Assembly (NCBI GenBank): GCA_034429215.1
Contig: DAOUGI010000126.1
Location: 49,213-113,212 of the forward strand
Origin: Anaerolineae bacterium
GTDB taxonomy: Bacteria > Chloroflexota > Anaerolineae > JAAYZQ01
Length of the DNA stretch: 64,000 bases
Direction of reading: 5' to 3'
Of this stretch, positions 45,181 to 53,937 are shown in pieces. The first letter of the stretch is position 1, and each line of letters starts with the position of its first letter. The notes under the pieces were generated by a model. The model had not been told where the DNA came from, did no database searches, and saw nothing but the letters and a program-made list of their open reading frames with translations. Made by a program: the position numbers and the translations under genes.

Positions 45181-46461
45181 ATGAAGCGTAACGACGTGGA
45201 TACAACAGAACTGGAAAAGGTCATCAAGGGGCTGCAAACGGACAAGGACCAGCTCCGCGCTGCCTATATGTCGGTCAGCCAGCGGCTGATCGGCCTGCGC
45301 CTGGTGCAGCACATCGCCCAGGAGCTGGCCACCGAGCTGGACGTGGACCGGCTGCTGTCGCGCATCCTGTGCACCGCGCTCGACGCGGTCGACGGGACGG
45401 CCGGCTCGCTGCTGCTGCTCGATCCGAGCGGGAAGGAGCTGATCTTTGCCGTGGTCGAAGGCGGCCGGGGGGCAGAGCTGCAGGGCCAGCGGATGAGCGC
45501 CGATCAGGGCCTGGCCGGCTGGGTGGTGCGCCACAACCACCCGGTTATCGTAGACGACGCCCAGCATGACAACCGGTTTTTCCGCGAGATCACAGACGGG
45601 ACAACGCTGGAGGTCGGCTCGGTGTTGTGCGCGCCGCTGGTTACCAGGGACCAGGTGATCGGCGCCCTGCAGATCCTGAACAAGGCAGAAGGCGCCCACT
45701 TTGACGACGACGACCTGGACCTGCTGACGGCGTTTGCCGCCCAGTCGGCGACGGCGATCGAGAGCGCCCGGCTGTACCAGGACCTGCGAAGGGAGCGGGA
45801 CCGGCTGATCGTGGTAGACGAAGAGGCGCGGCGGCGGCTGGCGCGCGACCTGCACGACGGCCCGGCCCAGATGCTGGCGTCGATGCTCATGACGGTCGAT
45901 TTTATCCAGAGGCTGCTCGACCGCTTCCCGGAGCGGGTGCCGGAGGAGCTGACAGAGCTGCGCAACCTGGGCGAAAAGGCGTTATACCAGGTGCGCACGC
46001 TGCTGTTCGAGCTGCGGCCGGTGATCCTGGAGACGCGCGGGCTGGCGCCGGCGCTGGAAGCATACGTCGAGCGGCAGCGGAGCGAGGGCAGCCTGGAGTT
46101 TCACCTGGACGCCGGCAAGTTTTCCGGCCGGCTGATCCCCACAGCCGAGCGGACGATATTCGACATTATCCAGGAGGCGGTGGGCAACGTCAAGAAGCAC
46201 GCCCAAGCGAAAAATGTGTGGATCGCCCTGGCGGCGGCAGACGATCACCTGCTGGTCGGGGTGCGGGACGACGGGCGGGGTTTTGACGTGGAGCGGATGA
46301 GAGCGGAGTATGACAAGCGGAGCAGCCTGGGGATGCTCAACATGGAAGAGCGGGCGCAGGCCGTCGGCGGCAAGCTGTCGATCCAGTCGCAGCCGGGGAC
46401 CGGGACGACCATCAGGCTGAGCGCGCCGCTGGAACCGCTGCGGGCTGAAGAGCCGGGCTAG
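45181..46461 (+). CDS. GAF-domain sensor histidine kinase (HisKA_3/NarL-partner type)
   Basis: GAF region. H-box RRRLARDLHDGPAQ. HATPase motifs QEAVGNVKKHA, VRDDGRGFD and GMLNMEERA...GTGTTI. An alternative start is at 45163. No response regulator gene is adjacent. Confidence 0.82.
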   Translation: MKRNDVDTTELEKVIKGLQTDKDQLRAAYMSVSQRLIGLRLVQHIAQELATELDVDRLLSRILCTALDAVDGTAGSLLLLDPSGKELIFAVVEGGRGAELQGQRMSADQGLAGWVVRHNHPVIVDDAQHDNRFFREITDGTTLEVGSVLCAPLVTRDQVIGALQILNKAEGAHFDDDDLDLLTAFAAQSATAIESARLYQDLRRERDRLIVVDEEARRRLARDLHDGPAQMLASMLMTVDFIQRLLDRFPERVPEELTELRNLGEKALYQVRTLLFELRPVILETRGLAPALEAYVERQRSEGSLEFHLDAGKFSGRLIPTAERTIFDIIQEAVGNVKKHAQAKNVWIALAAADDHLLVGVRDDGRGFDVERMRAEYDKRSSLGMLNMEERAQAVGGKLSIQSQPGTGTTIRLSAPLEPLRAEEPG

Positions 46462-46512
46462 GCCCGGTAACCTCGTACAACATCGAACTCTTCGCTTGCC
46501 CCGGGCGATCTC

Positions 46513-46592
46513 TGAAGGCGCGGAGCGCCTCCCGCCACCGCGCTCGGGATCTGCGTGGAGCAGCGTTCCCACGGCCCCCGCAGGAACGAGAA
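46513..46592. repeat. Dispersed repeat family C (GGCGC-loop-GCGCCTCC ... GCGCTCGGGA ... GGAACGAGAA)
   Basis: Alignable with 53869-53926. Shared blocks are the AGGCGC/GCGCCTCC hairpin, GCGCTCGGGA and GGAACGAGAA. Confidence 0.5.
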
Positions 46593-46599
46593 AATCTGT

Positions 46600-47076
46600 T
46601 CAAACGCTCAACTTTTTCGCCATGTAGAGGGAAGTCGCCTCGTAGCCTGCCTGTTGGTACAGGGCGATAGCCGCCTGGTTGTGGCCAAACACATGAAGTG
46701 AAATCGTATCGAGTCCCAGCTCTTTGGCTTTTTCTTCCAGTGCGGTCAGGGTTTGCCGGCCGTAGCCTCGCCTGCGAAACTCCTCGTAAATCAAAAAATC
46801 GTAGACGAACGCCGAGGGGTGTGATGCTTCGTCCCTCACGGCAAACCAGATCATTCCGACTTGGACCCCGACATGGTCATCCTCAAGTGAAAACAGGTAA
46901 TGGTTCTTGGATGCTACGCCATCGGGAAGAAGCTGCAGGAACTCTTTTTCGGCTTTCTGAAGAGCCTCGGAAGGATGCCAATTGCCCGCCCGGATATGCT
47001 CCTGGGCATATTCTTTAACAGAGCGCCGGCGGTATGCCTGGAATTCTTTTTCCGTCATTGGAACTAATCGCACCAT
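46600..47076 (-). CDS. GNAT-family N-acetyltransferase
   Basis: Acetyl-CoA motif FRRRGYGRQTLTALEEKAKELG. GC content is visibly lower than in the surroundings. Confidence 0.82.
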   Translation of the reverse strand: MVRLVPMTEKEFQAYRRRSVKEYAQEHIRAGNWHPSEALQKAEKEFLQLLPDGVASKNHYLFSLEDDHVGVQVGMIWFAVRDEASHPSAFVYDFLIYEEFRRRGYGRQTLTALEEKAKELGLDTISLHVFGHNQAAIALYQQAGYEATSLYMAKKLSV

Positions 47077-47077
47077 G

Positions 47078-47290
47078 TTATACTCTCTCCTTTGCCGATG
47101 GTTGATCGCGCTCGAAGCAGCCCTGAGGGACGTCCTGTCTCAGGTACTCGATGGCTGCCTCAAGCTGCGAGTCGATCTCTTGCAGCAACAGCTCCCGGTC
47201 CAGCTCGACCCGGATGTCCGGAATCACGCCATGTCCTTCGAGCACCGTGCCATCCGGAACAATGATCTGCACTACGGGATAGAGGAGCAT
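47078..47290 (-). pseudogene. C-terminal relic of a peptidase S41 (tail-specific protease) gene
   Basis: ...IIVPDGTVLEGHGVIPDIRVELD... matches the S41 C-terminal region only. An in-frame stop lies 12 codons upstream of the first Met (47324-47326). Confidence 0.5.
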
Positions 47291-47410
47291 GGCTCCATTC
47301 CTTCCAGGCCTGTGGCCTCTGACTCACCATAGTATAGCCATCAGATGGGGGAGCTGTCATCCCCCAAGTAGGGGATTTGGCGAGGAAAGGTCACTGCTCG
47401 GATTGAGATC

Positions 47411-48202
47411 TCAGCTCGAGGCGCTGGCGTAGCGGCGCAGGCCCAGGCGGAAGAGCAGGGAGGAAGCGGCGAGCAGGGCCAGGGCGGCGAGCAGGGCAGC
47501 GACCAGGGTCAGGCCAGACAGGGCGCCGGTGAGGGCCTGGGCGGGCACGGTGGTCATCAGGCCCACGGGCACCACCCAGGTTAGCACAAGGCGCAGCCAA
47601 CCGGGATAGAGGCCTACGGGGTAGCGGGCCATGCTAAAGAGGCCGTCGAACACCCAGGTGAAGAGAAAGCCGGGGTTCCACAGGGTCAGGGCCGAGAAGG
47701 CGAGCAGGATGGCGTAGAGGATGGCCACGCCGATCAGCAGGGCGAGCAGGAAGGTCGCCAGCCGCAGCGGCGTCAGCGACTGCCCCAACTGAGCCACGGC
47801 CACGGCCAGCACGGCCAGCCCCAGGGCCAGGTCCACCAGGGCGAACGGCCGCCAGTGACGCACGCTGGCCAGGAACTGGGGGTTGACCGGCCGCAGCAGG
47901 GTAAAATCGAACTGCCCGTTCCAGATCTCGCCGTCCATGCCGGCCAGGGCTTCCAGGCTCGGGCCGATAAAGAGCCCGCGCAGGGCGCTCAGGGTGAGGT
48001 AGACGCCCAGCAGGGCCAGGGTCGAGGGCAGGTCCCAGCCGCGGATCGTCTCTATCTGGCCAAAGATGACGAGCACGCCCAGCACGCCGGTGGCCAGGTT
48101 GAGCACCGAGTGGAACAGGCTCAGCCAGAAATTGGCGCGGTAGGCCAGCTCGTTCTGGGCCGAGGCCCGGGCAAATTGGCGGACAAGTCTCAAGTGGTAC
48201 AC
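47411..48202 (-). CDS. ABC-2-type exporter permease
   Basis: Six predicted TM helices. N-terminus LVRQFARASAQNELAYRANFWLSLF is typical of the ABC2_membrane_6-like family. GTG start. Confidence 0.7.
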   Translation of the reverse strand: MYHLRLVRQFARASAQNELAYRANFWLSLFHSVLNLATGVLGVLVIFGQIETIRGWDLPSTLALLGVYLTLSALRGLFIGPSLEALAGMDGEIWNGQFDFTLLRPVNPQFLASVRHWRPFALVDLALGLAVLAVAVAQLGQSLTPLRLATFLLALLIGVAILYAILLAFSALTLWNPGFLFTWVFDGLFSMARYPVGLYPGWLRLVLTWVVPVGLMTTVPAQALTGALSGLTLVAALLAALALLAASSLLFRLGLRRYASASS

Positions 48203-48205
48203 GGA

Positions 48206-49027
48206 TCAACCTCCCACCGCCGAGTAGCGGCGCAGGCCGGCGCGCCACAGGGCGACAAAGAGCAGCAGGGCGACGCCGAGCCAGGCGGCCTGGACGGCAA
48301 ACCCGGCCCATATCTCGGCCGGGGTCAACTGGCCGGCCAGCACCTCCACCGGAAAGGCGACCATGTAGCGGAAAGGCAGGGCCCGCGCCGCCCCCTGCAG
48401 CAGGCCGGGCAGCAGCAGCGTGGGCGCCACCTGGCCGCCGATGAGAAAGATCAGCGATTCCTGCAGCGAGAGCAAGGCGTCGGCCCGCGTGGCCCAGAAG
48501 GAGAGCAGGGCGAGCCAGTAGCCCCACAGCCAGCGCAGCGCCCAGGCCAGGACCAGCGCCGGCAGGAAGGCCAGGGCGTTGCCCCAGGTGACGTGCAGCT
48601 CGGGGCGCAGCAGCAGGGCCAGGATGGCGGCCAGGGGCAGGGCAAAGGTCATGAATACGACCTTGACGGCTGCCTCGGAGGCCAGGGCATCATAGATGGG
48701 CGAAAGGGGGCGCACCAGCAAAAAGTTCATGCGCCCGTAGCGGATGCCGTCGCCCACGGTCCAGTTGTTGGTGCTGAAGGTGAGCTGATTGACCAGGATG
48801 AGGACCACGTAATAGCCCACCAGCTCGCCGCGGCTGAGGCCTCCCACCGGCTGCTCGCCGGCGGCGGTGGACCAGACCAGCAGGTAGACCAGGAGGGGGA
48901 CCATCCAGGAAAAGGCCACCAGGTAGAAAAAGCCGCGGTGCTGCAGCCACGAGAGCCAGGTAGCCCGGATCAGGGCCCATCCGCCGCGGAGGTTGCCGGC
49001 ACGCAGATTGTCTGAAAGCAGGCTCAT
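48206..49027 (-). CDS. ABC-2-type exporter permease (second subunit)
   Basis: MSLLSDNLRAGNLRGGWALIRATWLSWLQHRGFF. Polytopic. The start overlaps the ATPase stop (ATGA). The 439-aa ORF N-terminus is rejected. Confidence 0.7.
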   Translation of the reverse strand: MSLLSDNLRAGNLRGGWALIRATWLSWLQHRGFFYLVAFSWMVPLLVYLLVWSTAAGEQPVGGLSRGELVGYYVVLILVNQLTFSTNNWTVGDGIRYGRMNFLLVRPLSPIYDALASEAAVKVVFMTFALPLAAILALLLRPELHVTWGNALAFLPALVLAWALRWLWGYWLALLSFWATRADALLSLQESLIFLIGGQVAPTLLLPGLLQGAARALPFRYMVAFPVEVLAGQLTPAEIWAGFAVQAAWLGVALLLFVALWRAGLRRYSAVGG

Positions 49028-50022
49028 GCCGCCGCCTCCTGATAAATCTGGTCGATGACGGCGTCGATGGGCGGGTCCTCCACGGCCAGGTCGGCCACGG
49101 GCAGTGTATTCAGCAGGTGGGCGGTGAGGGCCGGGGCCTGATCGCTGGCAACGCGCAGCGCCAGGCGGCCGTTCTCCTGCTCGATCACGTCCACGCCGGC
49201 GGGCAGCGACGGTGCGGGCGACGGCCCGCCGGCGCCGCTGCCAAAGGTGACGCGCACCAGCTTGAAGGGGGCGAGCCGATGGGCCAGGCCCTTGAGCTGG
49301 CCGTCGTACAGGAGCTGCCCGTGGTGGATGAGGATGACGCGCGGGCAGAGGGCCACGACGTCGGCCATGTAGTGGCTGGTGAGGATGACGGTCACGCCGC
49401 TGCGGCGGTTGTACTCGCCGAGAAAGCGCCGCAGCCGCCCCTGCATCGAGACGTCGAGGCCCAGCGTCGGCTCGTCGAGAAAGAGAACCTGGGGGCAGTG
49501 GAGCAGGCCGGCGATGAGCTCGCACTTCATGCGCTCGCCCAGCGACAGGTTGCGCACCGGCCGGGCCAGCAGCTCCTCCATGTCCAGCAGCGCCACCAGC
49601 TCGGCCAGTGTCCGGCGGTACTCGGCCGGCGGCACGCGGTAGATGCGGGCCAGCACGTCAAAGGTCTCCAGCGGCGGGATGTCCCACAGCATCTGGCTCT
49701 TGTTGCCCATGACCATGCTGATGCGCCGGAGGTAGGCCGGGCGGCGCTCCCAAGGCGTGTGGCCCAGGACGGCGGCCCGCCCCGCGGTGGGATGCAGCAG
49801 GCCGCTGAGCATCTTGAGCGTCGTCGTCTTGCCGGCGCCGTTGGGCCCGATAAAGCCCACCATCTCGCCGGCGGCGACGTCAAAGCAGATGTCGCGCACG
49901 GCGTCCACGTCGCGGTAGGTGCGCCGCACCAGGCCCTTCAGGGAAGCCCGCAGGCCTGCTTCCCGCTCGGGCACGCGGTAGGTTTTGCACAGGTTTCGCA
50001 CCTGGATTTGACATTCTGTCAT
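49024..50022 (-). CDS. ABC transporter ATP-binding protein
   Basis: Walker A GPNGAGKTTT, signature LSLGERMK, Walker B LFLDEPTLGLD. The ATG at 50022 is preceded by GAGGAG. Confidence 0.9.
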   Translation of the reverse strand: MTECQIQVRNLCKTYRVPEREAGLRASLKGLVRRTYRDVDAVRDICFDVAAGEMVGFIGPNGAGKTTTLKMLSGLLHPTAGRAAVLGHTPWERRPAYLRRISMVMGNKSQMLWDIPPLETFDVLARIYRVPPAEYRRTLAELVALLDMEELLARPVRNLSLGERMKCELIAGLLHCPQVLFLDEPTLGLDVSMQGRLRRFLGEYNRRSGVTVILTSHYMADVVALCPRVILIHHGQLLYDGQLKGLAHRLAPFKLVRVTFGSGAGGPSPAPSLPAGVDVIEQENGRLALRVASDQAPALTAHLLNTLPVADLAVEDPPIDAVIDQIYQEAAA

Positions 50023-50050
50023 CTCTTCTCCTCGCATGGCCGGACGGTTT

Positions 50051-50827
50051 CTAGGCGGTGGCCGGGCGGTAGCGCAGCCAGACCCGGCCCCCGGCGCCGG
50101 TCCGGCCGGGTTGCACTTGAGCCGAGATAAGCTCCAGCTTGATCGGCATCTCACCGGGGCCCAGAGCGGGCGAGGTGAACAGTGCGGGCGTGTCAGAGCC
50201 GCCGACGACACCGGGCAGGAATTCGACGTTGACCTCGTCCACCAGCCCGGCCCGCAGCAGGGCGCCGTTGAGCCGGCCACCGGCGGTGGAGATGAGGCTT
50301 TGCACGCCCAGCCGGACGCCCAGCTTGTCCAGGGCGGCGGCCAGATCGACCTGTTCCCGGCCGGCCACCAGGTAGGGGATCGCCTCGTGCCGCAGGTAGG
50401 CCAGGTACTCGGCCGGGGTATGGCGCCCCACCAGGACGAGCAGGTGCCAGCCCTGCCAGCTTTCGCCAAAGGCGGCGCCGTCCTTTATCCAGCCCCGGCC
50501 GCGGCCCCGGCCGTCGACGACGACGAACCAGCCGGCGTGTCCGGGGCGCTCGACGACGGCAGGGGGCAGGAAATCGTCGTACAGGGCGGCCGCATCTCCC
50601 TCCACGGGCGGCAACGGCTGGGGCTCGTCCCCGTCGCGGACGAAGGAGCCGCTGCCCTCCAAAGTCGCGCCGGGGCGGTGGAAGAGCTTGAGCCACTCGA
50701 AGGTGTCGCTGCCCTCGTCGAGGGCCTGCCAGCGCTCATCGCCCCACAGCAGCAGGTGGTCGCGGGAGGCCGCCAGCCGGCCGTCCAGGGAAGCGCTGTT
50801 GAACGTCACTACTTTCGGTCTTGCCAT
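50051..50827 (-). CDS. RibD C-terminal/dihydrofolate-reductase-like domain protein
   Basis: MARPKVVTFNSASLDGRLA... and ...GGRLNGALLRAGLVDEV.... Confidence 0.75.
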   Translation of the reverse strand: MARPKVVTFNSASLDGRLAASRDHLLLWGDERWQALDEGSDTFEWLKLFHRPGATLEGSGSFVRDGDEPQPLPPVEGDAAALYDDFLPPAVVERPGHAGWFVVVDGRGRGRGWIKDGAAFGESWQGWHLLVLVGRHTPAEYLAYLRHEAIPYLVAGREQVDLAAALDKLGVRLGVQSLISTAGGRLNGALLRAGLVDEVNVEFLPGVVGGSDTPALFTSPALGPGEMPIKLELISAQVQPGRTGAGGRVWLRYRPATA

Positions 50828-50843
50828 GGTCAGTGTCTCCTTT

Positions 50844-50895
50844 GCTGCCCATTGTGTGCGGCCCGATGGGTTTCGGGCAGCTTCCCCTTATTATA
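50844..50895 (-). promoter_or_regulatory. TATAAT -10 element and structured 5' leader of the RibD_C/ABC-2 operon
   Basis: Minus-strand TATAAT at 50890-50895. 7-bp stem GCTGCCC/GGGCAGC (50844-50881) encloses an inner hairpin GCCCGA/TCGGGC and ends just 5' of the AAAGGAGAC Shine-Dalgarno sequence. Confidence 0.45.
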
Positions 50896-50906
50896 CCACC
50901 TTGGTG

Positions 50907-51027
50907 TGCAAGTGGAGGGTTATAGGAGACGGGCAGCAAGTGGAGGGGAATGAGACCGTATCCCCGACCCCGCGGCTATGATGCTTGTCCTTTACCAGAG
51001 CCTAAACCCTGGTCTGCAAATGGAGGG
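50907..51027 (-). repeat. Three direct copies of CCCTCCA(C/T)TTGC between the MerR gene and the RibD_C-like gene
   Basis: Plus-strand TGCAAGTGGAGGG (50907-50919), AGCAAGTGGAGGG (50935-50947) and TGCAAATGGAGGG (51015-51027). Confidence 0.6.
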
Positions 51028-51048
51028 TTGCGGGCCGGCGCCCTGGCT

Positions 51049-51804
51049 TTAATCCCCGTATTCGCGGATCATGGCCTCCAGTTGGCCGATGATCTCCGCC
51101 GCCCGCGCCTCTTGCTCGGCCAGGGTGGAAAGCCAGCGGTCGGCCGCGCTATAGATCTCCTCGTCGGGCCGGGGCGTATCCAACACCTGTCGCAGGTCCT
51201 GGCCCGAGGCCCCGTCCAGGTGCAGCATCATGCGCAAAATGGCCATCTGGCTGTAGCCGGCGCGGTTTAGCATGCGGATGACCCGCAGGCGACCAAACTC
51301 GGCGGCGCCGTACAGCCGGTAGCCGCTCTCCGGGTCGCGCGGCACCCGGATCAGGCCGTTGCGCTCCCAGTTGCGCAGCATGTCGGTGGTCACCCCCAGC
51401 CGCCGGGCTGCCTCGCCGATGCGCAGCCGCTGCGAGGCGCCATCGACGGCCACACCCTGGGCCCAGCGCTCCAGCAGGCCGGCGGCCGCCTCGGCCTGGG
51501 CGCGCTCGGCCTGCACCAGAGCCAGGTGGTGGTAGGCCTGCTCCAGGGCGCCCCCGAGGTCGCCCGACGCGGCGCAGCGCACCAGGTCGAGGGCCGACTG
51601 GCGGATGTTGGGGCCCGGCCAGCCGCCATGCAGGGCGGCGCGGGCCAGGCGCATCTGGTCCAGGTGGCGCCGGCTGTAGAGGCGATAGCCGCCGGGGCTG
51701 CGCGGAACGGGCGGCAAAAAGCCCCACTCCTCGTAGAGGCGCACGGTGTTGGCGTGCACGCCTACTTGACGAGCGATTTCCGAGGTGTACAGATGCTGTT
51801 TCAC
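51049..51804 (-). CDS. MerR-family regulator with two tandem MerR-type HTH domains
   Basis: HTH 1 is YTSEIARQVGVHANTVRLYEEWGFLPPVPRSPGGYRLYSRRHLDQM. HTH 2 is LRIGEAARRLGVTTDMLRNWERNGLIRVPRDPESGYRLYGAAEFGRL. GTG start. Confidence 0.8.
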   Translation of the reverse strand: MKQHLYTSEIARQVGVHANTVRLYEEWGFLPPVPRSPGGYRLYSRRHLDQMRLARAALHGGWPGPNIRQSALDLVRCAASGDLGGALEQAYHHLALVQAERAQAEAAAGLLERWAQGVAVDGASQRLRIGEAARRLGVTTDMLRNWERNGLIRVPRDPESGYRLYGAAEFGRLRVIRMLNRAGYSQMAILRMMLHLDGASGQDLRQVLDTPRPDEEIYSAADRWLSTLAEQEARAAEIIGQLEAMIREYGD

Positions 51805-52051
51805 GCTGCCCCTTTTCTCATTGCGCGCCGATTATAGCATTGCCGCGACCAGGACACAAACCGGGGAACCCGGAACGGCTGTTGGGGGTGGGAAGGGAAA
51901 GGGAGTTTGTTGGGCTCCCGCAGCGGAAGAGAGGCGAGGATGGTAGGAGGGGCCTGTCATAGGATGGAGCGCCTGTTGGCAGGTGGGGCCAGACGTGGTA
52001 TACTCGCCGGCAAGGACCGATCAGCAAAATACACGGCAAACGGAGGCTGAG

Positions 52052-53845
52052 ATGGAATCAAAGGGGTTGTTCCAGCTTGTAGTGACCCTGGCGCTGCTGG
52101 CAGCGCTCGGGGGGGTTGTGCTCGCTTCTGCCGCCACCGCCTATCCAGATCCAGGTGGAGCCGCACCGATTACACCCGGCCACGGGGCATCCGCTGCCCA
52201 GGCGGAAGCGCCTGCAACAGGCAGGGCGCAGGGCAGACCATTCGGCGAGGCTATCATTGTCGACCACTCCAGCACGGATATCACGGCGGTGCCGCAGGAG
52301 TGGATAGAGGAGGCCAAGCTCGAGCTTCACATCGCGTACGGGCATACTTCTCACGGCGGCCAACTGACAAGCGGGATGGCCGACTTGATCGGCTTTGCCA
52401 ACAATGGGGGCCTGGGGCTCGCACTTCCCTACAACATTTTTGATTTCAACAGCGGCGGAACGAACGGGGCGCTGGATCTGCGCGAGCCTTTTGCGGGTGA
52501 CGCCGGCTATTACCCTCAGTGGGTAGACGAGACCACAACGTATCTCGGCCTTCCCGATCCCGATACGGGCCGGGGAACGAACAACCCTGATATAAACGTC
52601 GTGATCTGGTCGTGGTGCGGCCAGGTATCAGGGTACACCGAACAGCAGATGCTGGACCAATATCTGCTGCCGATGACCCAGTTGGAGGCGGACTATTACG
52701 GCATTACCTTTGTGTATATGACCGGCCACTCGGACGGGTCGGGCGAAGAGGGGAACCTGCACCTGCGCAACCAGCAGATCAGGAATTACTGCGCAGCGAA
52801 CGGCAAGGTGCTGTACGATTTCTATCACATTGAGATGTACGATCCGGATGAGAGCTATTTCGGCGACAAGGCGGTCAACGACAACTGCGACTATGATTCT
52901 GACGGCGACGGCACACGCGACAGGAACTGGGCTATAGACTGGCAGGGCGCGCACGATGTGGGCGTTGATTGGTACGATTGCAGTTGCGCTCACAGCCAGG
53001 CGCTGAACTGCAATCAGAAGGCCTATGCGGTCTGGTGGCTGTGGGCGCGGCTGGCAGGATGGAACGGCGGCCAGGAGGGCGGATCGCAAAAGGCGGCCTC
53101 AACCGCGGTGGCGGACCACGGCCAGACCTTTACCTACACGATCACCGTTCGAGACACCGGCGCACCTGTCACTGCCACCGTGTACCTGACCGACGAGGTG
53201 CCCGCGGGGCTCGTGTATGTACCCGGCACGATAACCGCCACGACCGGCATTGCCACCGACGCCGATGCTCCCATCCTGCGCTGGGCTGGGGTCCTGAGCC
53301 CCACTTCCGTGGCGACGGTGACCTTTGGCGTCGTCGTGGAGACCCCTGAGCCCCAGGTGATCACCAACAGCGCCGTTATCGCCTCGCCGGGATACGAGCC
53401 GATTACGGTGACGGCCGTTATCACCACGGTGAACAGCGATCTGCCGGACCTGAGCCCGTCGCACAAGGCGGCCAATCGATTCAGCGGCGAGTATGGCGAC
53501 TGGATCACCTACACCGTCAAGATCTGCAACGCTCCGGGGCCGTTATACGACACAGTGTGGCTTACCGACACGGTCCCAGACGGCCTGATGTATGTATCGG
53601 GGACACTGACGAGCACGGCCGGCGTCGTTTCCGACGCCGCGGCCCCGGCTCTGTACTGGTCGGGTGACCTGGCTCCCTCGCCGTGTGTCACGATTGGCTA
53701 TGCGGTCACCGTGACGGCGCTTTCGCCCCAGGCCATCGCCAACAACGCCATCATCGCCATGTGGGGCCATGCACCGATCACCCGCACGGTCACGATCCTC
53801 GTGAATCCTCGCAGGCTGTTCCTGCCCGTGGTTGTCAAGGAGTGA
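52052..53845 (+). CDS. Secreted protein: unknown Cys/Asp-rich N-terminal domain + two DUF11 repeats
   Basis: Signal peptide MESKGLFQLVVTLALLAALGGVVLASAATA. DUF11 units FTYTITVRDTG...LTDEVPAGLVYVPGT and ITYTVKICNAPG...LTDTVPDGLMYVSGT. C-terminal tail RRLFLPVVVKE. Confidence 0.7.
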   Translation: MESKGLFQLVVTLALLAALGGVVLASAATAYPDPGGAAPITPGHGASAAQAEAPATGRAQGRPFGEAIIVDHSSTDITAVPQEWIEEAKLELHIAYGHTSHGGQLTSGMADLIGFANNGGLGLALPYNIFDFNSGGTNGALDLREPFAGDAGYYPQWVDETTTYLGLPDPDTGRGTNNPDINVVIWSWCGQVSGYTEQQMLDQYLLPMTQLEADYYGITFVYMTGHSDGSGEEGNLHLRNQQIRNYCAANGKVLYDFYHIEMYDPDESYFGDKAVNDNCDYDSDGDGTRDRNWAIDWQGAHDVGVDWYDCSCAHSQALNCNQKAYAVWWLWARLAGWNGGQEGGSQKAASTAVADHGQTFTYTITVRDTGAPVTATVYLTDEVPAGLVYVPGTITATTGIATDADAPILRWAGVLSPTSVATVTFGVVVETPEPQVITNSAVIASPGYEPITVTAVITTVNSDLPDLSPSHKAANRFSGEYGDWITYTVKICNAPGPLYDTVWLTDTVPDGLMYVSGTLTSTAGVVSDAAAPALYWSGDLAPSPCVTIGYAVTVTALSPQAIANNAIIAMWGHAPITRTVTILVNPRRLFLPVVVKE

Positions 53846-53868
53846 CCGGGACGTTGGCCCGGTGGTGA

Positions 53869-53926
53869 GCCGGAGGCGCTCTGCGCCTCCGGCCGCTGCG
53901 CTCGGGAGCGGCGCGGGAACGAGAAG
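53869..53926. repeat. Dispersed repeat family C; its hairpin probably acts as terminator
   Basis: GCCGGAGGCGC-tct-GCGCCTCCGGC (53869-53893), followed by GCGCTCGGGA...GGGAACGAGAA. Confidence 0.5.
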
Positions 53927-53937
53927 AACGCTGAGGG

